From: Mobula hypostoma
Lineage: Eukaryota
Length of the DNA stretch: 64,000 nucleotides
NCBI RefSeq assembly: GCF_963921235.1
Contig: NC_086108.1
Location: 13,702,001-13,766,000, forward strand
Direction: 5' to 3'
The notes beneath the pieces were generated by a model that had not been told where the DNA came from, did no database searches, and was given only the letters and a program-made list of their open reading frames with translations. A program made the position numbers and the translations under genes. Each line of letters starts with the position of its first letter. The stretch's first letter is position 1. Shown one piece after another: positions 51,725 through 64,000 of this stretch.

Positions 51725-51936
51725 TCCAATTTTAACCCTAACCTAATCACAGGACAATTTACAATGATCAATTAACTTACTAACTGGCATTACAGGAGGA
51801 AACCAAAGCACCCAGAGAAAACCCATGCATTCCATGGGGAAAATGTACAGACTCCTTGCAGAGGACGTCGGAATGGAACACCGAACTCTTTTGATGCCTT
51901 GAGCAGTAAAAGTGCCGTGCTAGCCGCTACACTACA
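51725..51936 (-). mobile_element. V-SINE (HE1-like) fragment
   Basis: tRNA-like head GTAGTGTAGCGGCTAGC and V-domain-like GGGTTTTCTCTGGGTGCTTTGGTTTCCTCC; related fragment near 60-205. Confidence 0.6.
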
Positions 51937-52007
51937 GTATTACTGCAGATAAAAGGGTGTGAAAGGTTCTTTCAGACAGACTGAATGCAGTATCAAGGTG
52001 AAAACTA

Positions 52008-52503
52008 AAGCCTGATTTATACTTCTGCGTTAACTGGACGCTGTAACCTATGCAAGTGGCCTACGCGCGTTGTGAGCATTTATACTTGTGCGTTGGTGTG
52101 TCCGCGTCGCTCTGCATTTCATGCACGTCATGCATGCGCACACACCTGCCCGCGCAAGACTTCATGGTCATGGTAGTCTTTCTCGGGGTAACAAGAAACG
52201 AGCGTCTTTTTTCGTAAAAGCAAAATGTGTCCTCCATAATTTCGGAGGTCTGTAAAGCTTTATGGAAAGCATTGCAGCTGGAGTTCCTTCCCTGCCCTTC
52301 AGTCGCCCAATGGGAAGCTATTGCAGCGTAGGATGAAATACGACGTTACCAAGCGGACCAGAGTTGTTGCGTTCTGCGTTGCCGCGATGCGCGGTTACAT
52401 TTTGGGAGAGGTGCGCATCGCAGGCTCTCGCGTAGGGTTCCGCGTCGGCTTTGCGGCGACACAGTACTTACGGCGACGCATTGACATATGGTTCAGCAGG
52501 CTC
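52008..52503 (+). mobile_element. CpG-rich non-autonomous DNA transposon, Harbinger-like ends
   Basis: AAGCCTGATTTATACTTCTGCGT ... ACGCA...CAGGCTC in TA/TAA context; internal repeat ATTTATACTTGTGCGT near 52078. Confidence 0.55.
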
Positions 52504-53114
52504 TAAAGGCTGAGTCGCCTGCCCCTGTTCTGAATGTGCTTGCTGGTGTGGAAAGGCTTAGCTCTGTGGGTCAAGGTGGCCTTGCACACAGCCAGGACAG
52601 ACTCAATCGTCTGAATCGTTTGATCCTTCAATGATTCTATAATGCAGTTGAGTGAATTTCTGGCCCACTAAGAGGGCAGACAAGAATTAGGCCTTGGGTT
52701 TTAAAGTACACATCAGCCAGATTGGGTGCAGACAGCAAATCACATTCTCACAAAGCTTTAGGTGGATCTTTACAATGTGTCACAGTTTCACCATCGCCAC
52801 TGGTACTCAACCAAGATTTATTTTACTAAACTGGATTTAAATTGCTGAATAAATTATTCAGAAACACAGCCACGTTGGGATTTGAATTCAACAGCTGGGT
52901 TTCTGGGTGGTTTGCATGATGTTGTAATCACTATGCTGTCTACATTTACACAATCTGAAGACAACATATCCACATCGAGTAGGATTAGCTTACATACCTA
53001 CTCTAATAGAAACAAAAGGACGCAGAGATCCACTGTCAAAGCACTTGGAAACATAAAACAACGTCATAAAAAGGGATCAAAGTGTGCTGGTTATTCTGCA
53101 AGGATAGCACTTAC

Positions 53115-53224
53115 TGGAAGGACATGGATCCTGCTTGCAACGTACATCGAGTGGGTGACTGCTCATTAAGCTTGCGGAACAGCTGCTTGGCCTGGCTTTG
53201 ATAAAGTTGCAGATCTCGTCCAGA
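53115..53224 (-). CDS. SEC22B: SEC22B exon 2
   Basis: tttcag|TCTGGA...TTCCA|gtaagt; encodes [36 protein letters not shown](H); 110 nt; not in the ORF track. Confidence 0.96.
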
Positions 53225-53727
53225 CTGAAAGAAACAATGGATTGGGTTGAGCAAAGATGAAATAAGGAACGTTTAATTCAAACTGTACTAGTGCCAGCTC
53301 CATATTGTTTGCAGCACCACTTTAACAGACTTCGCACTCAACATTATGCAGATGTTCACTCGCTGTATTGGGTATTTATATTTCTCCATGATGACAAGTA
53401 CTTACACATCTCAACTTTTTTCTCTAATCTTTTATAGGACGGAAGCGTTGCTACTCTGGCCAAAATTTATAGCCCATCACAAGATGGTGGTGAACAAATC
53501 AGTGGTAAAGTACTACCTAACCAGCTTCACTGCAGGAATTCCAGGATCTGGATCTGGATTTGGATCCTGTGTCGGTAACAGAGAGCAATGATTGCATCTT
53601 GCTCCAGTCTAAAGCTTCTCTCCTCACTGTTAAGCACATGAGTAATCAGGTCCTTCACGGTAAACTGGCCCGAAAAGTTAAAGCGCAATGGGTCCAAGTA
53701 AGATGACAAACTGGATTCAAGACTAAC

Positions 53728-53972
53728 ACATACAAAATGCTGGAGGAACTCAGCAGGCCAGGCAGCAGCTATGGAAAAGAGTACAGTCGACGTTTCGGGC
53801 CGAGACCCTTCGGCAAGACTGGAAGGGGAAAAGAAGCAGTCCTGCTGAAGGGTCTCGGCCTAAAACGTCGACTGTACTCTTTTCCATAGCTGCTGCCTGG
53901 CCTAGTGAGTTCCTCCAGATTTGTGTGTGTATTGCTTGGATTTCCAGTATCTGTAGATTTTCTCTTGTTAGT
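53728..53972. mobile_element. Penelope-derived fold-back mini-element
   Basis: Inverted arms around a short spacer; 14-bp TSD GATTCAA(G/A)ACTAAC (53714-53727, 53973-53986). Confidence 0.85.
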
Positions 53973-54114
53973 GATTCAAAACTAACCTGATGGTTGGAGG
54001 CAGATGGGATGGTGGAAGCAGACTGACAAAACTGAGCAATATGGAAGCTGTAATAGAGAGATTTAGAAGTCTATCTAAAACAACAGATCTTCTTCAGAGA
54101 ATCTAGAACCTTCT

Positions 54115-55170
54115 TGTAAAGTTTAAAGGCAGTTGGCAGACCAACATAAGTTGCATTATCGCCTTCTTGAGTTTGGGTGTGGAGCAGAGACAGGATATAT
54201 ACCCACTAAATTTCACCTCCCCTAAAAAAACTCAAATACTATCAAAAAGTCTAGTGCTTTTCATCAAGTCAAATACACATTATATATATTACAATGGCAA
54301 TGATATCCTGACAAACTTTCCATGTGAAACTGTGTCTGTCCTAAAGATCTCAGTTGAGCAATTAGATGCTTCCTTTGCACCTCATAGGATCTGCCTTCAA
54401 ACTATACTTCACTGTTTCTTGACAAGTGCACACCCGACAAATGCCTATATCATGCATGTTAATTCTGAACAAGGAATAATTCAACCGAGCATGTGCATTA
54501 TGTAAACATGAAAACATAACTTCTTTTCTCCTTTTATATCCATCTCCCAGTTGAGTTCCCACCATCTTCTGAATTTTATATAAATGACATCCTTTCTTTT
54601 CTTTACCGCAACTCTGTTGCCAGTGATCAAATACACTTTTTAATTATGGCTTTCATGACCCGTTTATGCAAAGGCACCACTACATTTACATCCTTAATTC
54701 TAAGTGATTGCTTGGCAAGAATGTCTGCCACCTCCTTTCCTTCAACCCAACATGGGCAGGAACCCGTAAGACATGTACACACAAGCCCAGACCCTGTAGC
54801 CTCAACAGATGTTGTCCAATCTCAAGAAGAATATCTGGCCTACAATTTGAAACACCTGCTTTAATAGATGTCAAAACCAAGATGAAATCAGAGCACTTAA
54901 GCAGATCATCAGGGCGTATGTCCTCAACCCATTCCAAGGCTAAAATGACAGCAACCACCTCAGGCGCAAATACTGATACTTTGTCTGATAACCTTTTCTT
55001 ACTATTCACCTGAAACTTTGGAAGACAAACAGAAACAGCTGAATGACCTGTCACTAGATTTTTTCAACCATCTGTATTGAAATATATGAAGCTTTAATAT
55101 CTGTCTTGCATAGGGTATTGCTGAACTACCAATGCCATGATATACAATCATTCTTCATCTTGATCATCTC
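54115..55170 (-). mobile_element. I-clade/Nimb-like LINE 3' end with RNase H domain (copy 1)
   Basis: RLSDKVSVFAPEVVAVILALEWVE...CSD...RVPAHVG RNase H text (ORF 54686-55054). Confidence 0.75.
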
Positions 55171-55839
55171 CAGAGGCAATGTTTAATACTTTTTAAATAC
55201 AAAGATAACAATAAGTGATTAACGATGGCTATAATCACCTACTTAGCTTTTAGCATTTTGAATGTAGACAAGTAACTTGGAGTACATATTTAACATGGTA
55301 GCAAATCCCAACTCACAAAATGTCACTGATTATTCGAAGAATGGTAGTTGATCTTAGCACCAACTTCAGACACCCCAAATATATCTCTTTTATTGCAGTG
55401 TTGAGAGATGGCTCCCTGATCATACAACTAGCCAGAACATTAAGAGACAAAACAGACCTATCTTGATCTGGTAATATGTCTTAAATGATACTCAAGACAG
55501 GAGATAGTCTTCCCTGAACATCCTGAAATTTTCAATGACGTCCTATTAAAATTTACAATCATTTATTGTCGTCAATTGGTACAGAATCAGAATGTCCCAC
55601 ACCCAGTATCTGGTTTAATTGCCTTAAAGTGTCAGTTAAATTGTGAGCAAGTTTTATTTCTGGAAGTCCCATTGAAGGGATTTGCAACATTCCTCTCCAA
55701 AGATGCTGCCTGACCTGCTGAGTTTCACCAGCATTTTGTGTGTGTTACTCTTCTTTTCTTGAAGACTAGTTCTCATTTTAATTAATATCTGCTATCTATC
55801 ATTTACTAACTCTAGAATAATTCCTAACAGAGTACCATG

Positions 55840-58728
55840 GGGGCTTGTGCTGGATGCAAGTACAGGAGAATGATCAGCAAGTTTGTGAATGACACAAAAT
55901 GCGGGCAGTGAGGAAGGTTGTCTACAGCGACAGCAGGACATAGAGTGGATGCAAAATTGGATAGGGCATTGGCAAACAATTTAATCCCAACAATACAAGG
56001 AGATACACTTGTGAAGTCACATATGGGTAGGGCATGCACAGTAAGTGGCAGGATACTGAAGAACGTTGATAAACAAAATAGATCTCAGAGTTTAAGTTAG
56101 ATCCGAGAAGTGGCAATAGAATAGGTTTGGAATATGAAAGTTGGGCCATTACATTGCAAATTTACAAACACTGGTTAGACCATACTTGGAGAATTGTGCG
56201 TAATTCTGATTGCTACGCAGGAAAGGACTGGGAGAGAATGCAGAGAAGATTTTCCAGAAAGGATTGAAGAATTTTATTTTGGGAGAAAAATTGGATAGGC
56301 TGGAGTAAAGGAGCCGAGGAGTGACCTGATGTCAAATTATAAGAGCCATAATCAAAGTTGATAATCAAAATCTTTTTCCCATGTTAGGGGTTTCAAAAAC
56401 AAGAGGGTATAGTTTAAAATGAGTGGAAGGGGTTTAAAAGGGGATCTGAGGGGTAAGTATTTTACTCACTTAAATAGGCAAGGCATAGAAGGATATCGAC
56501 CTAGTGCTGGAAAATAGAATTAATGTTCGTGACTAAAAATGGCTGGCTTCATCCCCCTTCCTCTTCAGTCCTGTTGAAGGGTCTCAGCCCAAATTGTTGT
56601 CTGCTGATTCCCTTTCATAGATGCTGCCTGACCTGCTGAGTTTCTCCAGCACTTTGTGTGTGTTGCTTTGGATTTCCAGCATCTGCAGAATAGTGTGGTT
56701 ATGATTTGGCATGGATGTGGCAGTCCGAGCGCCCTGTTCTGTGCTGTATAACTCTGTGACTCATTGAGCACAACTAATATTTGTTACCATCCAATTTACT
56801 ACATCTGCACAATCCCTCAATACATTCAAATCACGTAGTACTTTCCTACACCCACAAGACCCAACCTCACGCCTAGCTTGTGTCCTCTACAAACTTGTAG
56901 GTATTATATTTATTCCCCAGTCATCAGTATATATTGTGAATAGCTGATGTGCCAGCACTGACCCTGTGATTATCACTGGCTTAGGGAAAGGCATCAGAGG
57001 GTGGCACTGGAGGGTTGTTTATCAGACCAGACTGAATAGATCTGAGCTGAGCCCCCTGCTGTTTGTCATCTATATAATCAATTTGTGTGGGAATGTAAGT
57101 GTCATAATTAATACGTTTGCAATGTTTACCACAACTGAGGTGAAAAAGGTTGCAAAAGGACCTAGATCAAATAGGAAAGGAGGCAAAGGAATGGCAGATG
57201 GAATTTAACTTGGACAAGTGCAGTGATGAATTCTGGGAAGTTAAACCAAGGCTGGACTTGCATACTGAACAACAGGGCACTGGAGAATGTTGTACAACAG
57301 AAAGACCTCAGGGTACAGGTATACAGTTCCCTGAAAGTGGTCACACAGGTAGACAGAAGGTGGTGTATTGCATGTTTGATCATGAGTAGCAAAGATAAGG
57401 TGTATAGTCATGATCTTTTTTTCAGATGAGGGAAGTCTAAAACTAGAGGCAGTTTTAAGGTGCGATGGAAATGATTTAAAGCAAATCTGAGATGTAAGTT
57501 TTCCACACAGAAGCTGGTGGGCACATGTTATGAGCTGGCAGAGGCAGAGGTAGATACAATTACAATACTTAAAATGTATTTGAAGTATATACATAGATAG
57601 AAAAGGTTTATGGACCAAATGTAGGCGAATGGGACTAGCCAGGAAGGCCCTTGGGCAAGCTGAGCTGAAGGGCCTGTTTCTGTGCTTTGTAATTCTATGA
57701 CAGCTTCCACTCAGGAAAAAAAAACTATTTATTCCTGCTCCTTGTTTACTGTCAGCCACATTAGCACTTTACCCCAATCCCACGTTTCATTTTTTTTTCA
57801 TCTCTTTTATGCAAACCTTATCTACATTTACGTAAAAGTCCAAATACACCACAGCCACTCAATCTCCCCATCTATTCTGCTGGCTAGATCACAGAAAAAT
57901 TCCAGATGTGACAAGCATGATCTCCCTTTCACAAATCTTTGTCCAAACCTGTCACTAATCTTCAACTGCTCCACTATTATCCTGGAACCTCGCATTTCCC
58001 CACCACTGATGTCAGGCTAATTAGTCTACAAGTCCGTTTTCATTTCCCCTCTACCTCTGGGGGTGACATTATCCACCCTGCAATCCACTGGAATTGTTCC
58101 AGACTCTAAAGATTGTTGGGAAATGGCCACTGCTATTTTACAGTCACCTCCCCAGACGCTCTGGGTTGCAATCTGTTAGGCCCTGGGGACTTATCAGTCT
58201 ACAATCTCATCAAATTCCCTAATAACCCTGATTTTCTACAGTTGTCTCTCTCACTGGACCCTGTGTTCAACATTCCCGGGAGGTTATTGATGTTAACCTT
58301 TATGAAGTCAGATGAAAGTACTTGATCAACTGGTCTGCATATGTCTTGTTCGCCATATCCTGTTTTGACTGTAAGGGAGCCACATTTGACTTCACCAGTT
58401 TATTTCTCTTCACATATCTCTACAAGCATCTACACTTGATTTTTATCTTTCTTACAAGCTTATCATCATTCTCAATTTGCTGTACTGAAACCCGATCCTA
58501 GCCCTTACCTATATATGCTGCTTTTCAGGGGATTTTCCTGGATATAACACTGAGTTCCAGAGTTTCCTTTGTCAGCCACAGCTGAGATAATCTTCCCAGT
58601 TATTTTTGGAAAAGAAACAATTTCATTTACATGGATAAGCAAGGCTTTTGACAAGTTTCCACATGCTAGGCTGCTCCTGAAAGTTAAGGCACAAGGGATA
58701 AGTGGCCTGTTGCCACACTGGCTTAGAA
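55840..58728. mobile_element. Cluster of degraded CR1 fragments with a Penelope terminal piece (~56550-56690)
   Basis: KFVNDTK, WQMEFNLDKC, KAFDKFPH. Confidence 0.55.
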
Positions 58729-60860
58729 TCTCCTCTTACTTACCGCTCGAACAGGACCCCACTAAAGAACACCAAGCCACTGTCTCCCACACCATCACCA
58801 ACCTTATTGACTCTGAGGATCTCCCATCCTCCGCCACCAAGCTCATAGTTCCCTTGCCCTGCACCATCTGTTTCTACCTCCTACCCAAGACTGACAAACC
58901 CGCTTGTCCAGGCAGACCCATTGCTTCAGCTTGTTCCTGCCCCACTGAACTCATATCGGCTTACTGCGACTCTGTTTTATCCCCCCTGGTTCTATCCCTC
59001 CCTACTACATTCGTGACACCTCACACACACTTGATCTTTTCAAGAATTTCAAGGTCCCTGGCCCCCATCATCTCATTTTTACTATGGATGTCCAGTCCCT
59101 GATCACCTCCATCCTCCACCAGGAAGGCGTCAAAGCTCTCGGTTTTATTTCTAGACACCAGACATAACCAGTTCCCCTCCACCACCACTCTCCTTCGCCT
59201 AGTGGAATTTGTCCTCACTCTCAATAATTTCTCCTTTGGGTTCTCCCACTTCCTTCAAACAAAAGAGATCGCCATGGGCACTTGCAAGGGTCCCAGCTAT
59301 GCCTGCCTGTTTGTCAGCTATGTGGAACAGTCTATGTTCCAAGCCTACACTGGTGACCGTCCCGCACTTTTCCTGCACTACATCGATGACTGCATTGGTG
59401 CTGCTTCCTGCACTCATTCTGAACTCGTCGACTTCATCATCTTTGCCTCCAACTTCCATTCTGCCCTCAAATTTACCTGGTCCATTTCTGACATCTCCCT
59501 CCCCTTTCTTGATCTCTCTGTCTCTGTCTCTAGAGCCAGCTTATCCACTGATGGCTATTATAAACACAAGGACTCTCACAGCTAGCTGGACTATACCTCT
59601 TCCTACCCTGTTACTTATAAAAATGCCATCCCCTTCCTAATTCCTCCTTCTCCACTGCATCTGCTCTCAGGATGAGGCTTTTCATTGTCCTCCCTTTTCA
59701 AAGAAAGGGACTTCCCTTCCTCGACCATCAACGCTGAACTCAGCCGCATCTCTTCTATTTAACATAGAACATAGAATAGTACAGCACAGTACAGGCCCTT
59801 CGGCCCACAATATTGTGCCAACACTTAAACCCTGCCTCCCATATAACCACCCACCTTAAATTCCTCCGCATACCCATCTAGTAGTCTCTTAAATTTCACT
59901 AGTGTATCTGCCTCCACCACCGACTCACGCATCCTTCTGCCACCCTACCGGGGATAGGATTCCTCTGGTCCTCACCTACCACCCCACCAGCCTCCGTGTC
60001 CAGCACACAATTCTCCGAAATTTCTGCCATCTCCAACGGGATCCCACCACCAAGCACATCTTACCCCGCTCCTTGCCCACTTTCTGCTTTCCAAAGGTAT
60101 AGCTCCCTACGTGACCCACTTGTCCATTCGTCCCTCCCCACTGATCTCTCTCCTGACACATCCTTGCAAGCGGAACAAGTGTTACACCTGCCCCTACACC
60201 TCCTCCATCACTACCATTCAGGGTCCCAAACAGTCCTTCTAGGTGAGATAACACTTCACCTGTGATTCTGTTGGAGTCATATACTGTGTCTGGTGCTCCC
60301 GGTGTGGCCTCCTGTATATTGGTGAGACCCAACCTAGAATGGCAGACCACTTCATCGAGTACCTACGCTCCACCCGCCTGAATAAACGGGATCTCCCAGC
60401 GGCCACCCATTTTAATTCCACTTCCCATTCCGATATGTCAATCCTGTACCTCCTCCAGGGTCATGAAGAGGCCACAATTATGTTGGAGGAACAACACCTT
60501 ATATTCTATTTGGGTGGCCTCCAACCTGATGGCATGAACATCAATTTCTCGAACTTCTGATAATGTCCCCCCCCCACCTTCACCAATTCCCATCCCCTTT
60601 TCCCTCTCTCCCCTTATCTCCATCACCTCCCCCTCTATCACTTCACCAATCAACTTCCCAGCTCTTCACTTCATCCCTCCCCCTACAGGTTTCACCTATC
60701 ACCTTGTGTTTCTCTCTGCCCTCCCCCAACCTTTTAAATCTACTCCTCAGCTTTTCTTTCTCCAGTCCTGCCGAAGGTTCTCGGCCTGAAACCTCGACTG
60801 TACTTCTTTCCATAGATGCTGCCTGGCCTTCTGAGTTCCTCCAGCATTTTGTGTGTTGCT
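58728..60860 (+). mobile_element. Penelope-like retroelement (RT + GIY-YIG), degraded, inserted in a CR1; contains a CR1 tail at ~59760-59925
   Basis: FYLLPK..KPACPGRPI; AMGT..GPSYACLF; YIDD; VIYCVWCSRCGLLYIGET endonuclease motif near 60275-60330; terminal repeat with HHR-like core at 60764-60799. Confidence 0.9.
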
Positions 60861-61559
60861 TGGAAGCAGGAGGTAGATGGCAGTTAATGGTTATTTTGAC
60901 TAGAGTCTGTGACAATTGGTGTACTGCAAGGAGAGTACTGGGACCCTGAAATATACTGAAATTAGTTGGATGAGAATGTAGCTATTCTGATTAATAATTT
61001 TGCAGACAACACTAAGGTGTATTCTGATGCAGGGTCTCGACCCAAAATGTCAACTACCCCTTTGCCACAGATTCTGTCAAACCCACTGAATTCCTCTTGC
61101 AGTTTATCTTTGAATGAGGTAACTCAGAGAGTTGAGGAGGTGAGCTCAGGTGACAAAGATCATATTATACAAGGACTTTAGTAAGCAACCTGGTATGCGA
61201 ATCAAATAAAAGCCCATGGGTTTCAAGAAAAAAGTACACCAAGTCCAAAACTAACAATGGCCAATAACTCGGAATATGGTGGGTTACAGAAGGCCGAAGC
61301 CACTGCACTCTGCAGTATTCATAATGCAGACTTGTCCTTAGGGAACACAGTCGGGAAATAATAACAGAAAGTTACATAAATTCACAGCAGGCCCAATGAC
61401 ACAAGTGGAAAGAGAATCTGCTTCGGACTGCCGACCTGTCTCTCTCTTCTCCCCCTCCCCACCAGGCGCTGCCTAATCTGGTGAGATTATCTAGTATTGT
61501 CAGTTTATTTCAAATTTCTAGCAAAGAAGAACACCGCCAATGAAATAGGTTAACTGCAG

Positions 61560-62200
61560 AGATGCGTGAACTGGCGAGCTGAACAATGTACGTGAGTGAG
61601 AGGGAGAAGACAAGGTGCAGTGCGGACAGCGCTCGGTCCCAGTCTCGGGCAGTGACGTGGCCCGGCGGGACAATGAGTGGGACTGAGGCGGGGCTGTTGT
61701 CGGGCCCAAACTGGGCCACCACCGACCCGTCCTGGGCAACCGCGTAAAGTCAGGAGGGGCCGAAGGGCCAGCTCTCACCTGCTCATCCTCTTGCATGGAG
61801 GCAGCGAGCGGCAGGCCGTCGGCCACCCGGGCGATCATCGTCAGCAGCACCATCGTGGGTAAGTTCCCCCACCGGCCCGCAGCTGGGCCGTAGGCTCAGG
61901 TTCTCCTGGGGACGCGCCTCGGCCGGGCTGGGACGCTCTCGGCCTCAGGTTCTCCGGGACACGAGCCTCTCCTCGTCGGCCCGGGATCTCCGAGTGTCCA
62001 GGACCAGGCCTCGAACTGAGCTTCTCCTGGGTTCGGCTTCGTGCTGCGATGCCGTCACCAGCAGAGGGAGCGGTTGCGGGGACGGACAGGGGGCGGGGGC
62101 GGGGCAGGACTTCTCGTCGGCCGCCCGGGGTCTGATCCCGATCCCGACCCCGACCCCCCGCTCCCGGCTGTGGGGGGCGAGTGCTGATGGGATCAGTGAA
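61560..62200. promoter_or_regulatory. CpG island / SEC22B promoter and exon 1
   Basis: CpG-dense; tandem GC boxes GGGGGCGGGGGCGGGGC near 62089-62105; TGACGTGG at 61653-61660. Confidence 0.75.
61779..61853 (-). CDS. SEC22B: SEC22B exon 1 (coding part), vesicle-trafficking longin R-SNARE
   Basis: [25 protein letters not shown] matches the SEC22B N-terminus; donor CAG|GTGAGA with GT at 61778-61777; lies in a CpG island. Confidence 0.97.
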
Positions 62201-62204
62201 CGTC

Positions 62205-63655
62205 TTGTTCTTGTAAATGGTGATTGCAGTCGCCATGAAACTTTAAAGTGCATTATTGCCACCTGCTGAGTTGGAGCGTGGAGCAAAGAGACAGGAAGTG
62301 ATCCCACTAAATTCCTCCCCGAACAATGCTTTTCAGAAAGTCAAATACATATTATATACATTACGATGGTAGTGATAACCTAACAAACATGTTAAATTGC
62401 GTCTGTCCCAAAGATCTCAGTTCAACAGCAATTGAATAGGTAAGACTCTCCCAACCATTGAGTACATCTACAGGAAACGTTGCCGTAGAAAAGCAGCATC
62501 CAACATCGAAGATTCTCTCCACTCAGGCTATGCTATTTTCTCGCTGCTGTCATCAGGTAGAAAGTACAAGAGCCTCAGGACTTACAACATCAAGTTCAAG
62601 AACAGTTACTACCCCTTGACCATCAGGCTCTTGAACAATGGGGGATAATTACACTCATTTAAGGACTTTTTTTCTTGTTAATTCATGCTCATTGTTTATT
62701 GCTATTTAATCATATCTGCATTTGAACAGTTAGTTTACAGTTTTTGTTCTGTAGATTTGCTATGTCCACAGAAAAAGAATCTCCAGGTTGCCTGTGATGA
62801 CATGTATGTACTCTGATAAGAAATTTTACTTTAAAGTTTTGAACCTTGAACTTTGTTTCCTTTGCACTTCTTAGGAACTGCATTTAAATAATATATGCTG
62901 CACATATGCAGTCCATACAAATGCCCACATCCTGCATGTTAATTCTGAACAAGGAATTGTTCAACCTAGTATGTCCAGTATGTAAATGTTTATGTATAAC
63001 TTCTTCTTTCCTTTTATACTCATCTCTCAATTGAGTTCCCAGCATCCTCTAAATTTTATATAAATACCATTCTTTCTTTGCCTTATCCCAACTCTGTTGC
63101 CACAGTGAGCAAATAGACTTTTTAATTATGGCTTTCATTTCTCATTTATACAAAGGCAGCACAACATTTACGTCCTTAATTCTAAGTGATTGCTTGGCAA
63201 GAATGTCTGCCACCTCCTCTCCTTCAACCCCAACATGTGCAGGGAGCTGTAAGACATCTACACACAAGCCTGTGTGACTCTGCAGCCTCAACAGATGTTG
63301 TCCAATCTCAAGAAGAATATCTGGTCTACAATTTGAAGTACCTGTTAAAATAGATGTCAAAACCGAGAATGAATCAGAGCACAGAAGCTCATAATCAGAG
63401 TGTACTTCCTCGACCCATTCCAAGGCTAAGATGATATCAATATTCACATCTCGGATGTGAATATTGATACTTTCTCTGATATTCTTTTTTTAATAATCAC
63501 CTGAAACTTTGGAACATAGACAGAAACACCTGAATGATATGTCACTGGATCTTTTGAACCAGCTGTATAGATGTGTAAGGAGCCATAATATATGCTTTGC
63601 ATCTATTGCTGAATTACCTGTGCCATTGATATGCAATCATTCTTCATCTTGAAGG
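62205..63655 (-). mobile_element. I-clade/Nimb-like LINE 3' end with RNase H domain (copy 2), interrupted by a Rex1 tail (~62438-62854)
   Basis: ILALEWVEE...CSDSFSVL...PAHVGVEGEEVADILAK (ORF 63142-63447); colinear with copy 1. Confidence 0.75.
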
Positions 63656-64000
63656 CTTAAATCAACCCAGGCAATGGTAAATACATGGAAGAGCGACAGA
63701 AAAGGGTACACTGGGACTATATTCTACATTAAACGACCCAAGATTTTGTACCCATTCAATTCTCATCCACCCAAAAATGCAGTGCTCACAACACTCTACT
63801 AATGTTACCAATATTGGACGACCCATTGCTTCTGTACTTAGGAGACAGACACTGACTAAGAAGTGAGCTAAAGTGGCATCAACTTCATAGATCCTGTACA
63901 GATTACAGAGGAAGAAGTATTTACTGTCCTGAGGCAAATTAGAGTGGATAAATTCCCAGGGTCTGACAAAGTGTTCCCTTATACCCTGCAGGAGGCAAGT

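Noticed and set aside
53544..53567. (GGATCT)n short tandem repeat
   Set aside because: Four imperfect units; ordinary microsatellite
61518..62307. ORF extension past SEC22B exon 1 and neighbouring ORFs
   Set aside because: Read-through into intron 1 and GC-rich spurious frames

Overview
Eukaryotic, repeat-rich vertebrate DNA. The CR1/Rex1/Penelope/V-SINE landscape suggests a cartilaginous fish, probably a ray (inference). Two host genes lie in tandem on the minus strand. SEC22B is complete: 5 coding exons at 61853-20324 (75+110+161+147+155 nt = 215 aa + stop), all with GT-AG junctions. COP1/RFWD2 contributes exon 1 (3218-3013) and runs off the left edge. Each gene starts in a CpG island. Most other sequence is nested mobile DNA: a full-length but disrupted Gmr1-like gypsy LTR element (gag-PR-IN-RT-RH), many CR1 and Rex1 LINEs, a Penelope-like element and fold-back derivatives with hammerhead-ribozyme-like cores, hAT, Harbinger-like and Tigger DNA transposons, two RNase H-bearing I/Nimb-type LINE ends, and a class I ERV remnant. 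The most unusual observations are: an intronless RBM25 fragment embedded in a gypsy element; hammerhead-like motifs in TSD-flanked Penelope hairpins; a ZNF143/NRF1-like cassette shared by three MITEs; a relic third LTR/PPT; and a locally templated inverted insertion. Ends of degraded repeats are approximate, and family calls come from motif recognition, not database searches.
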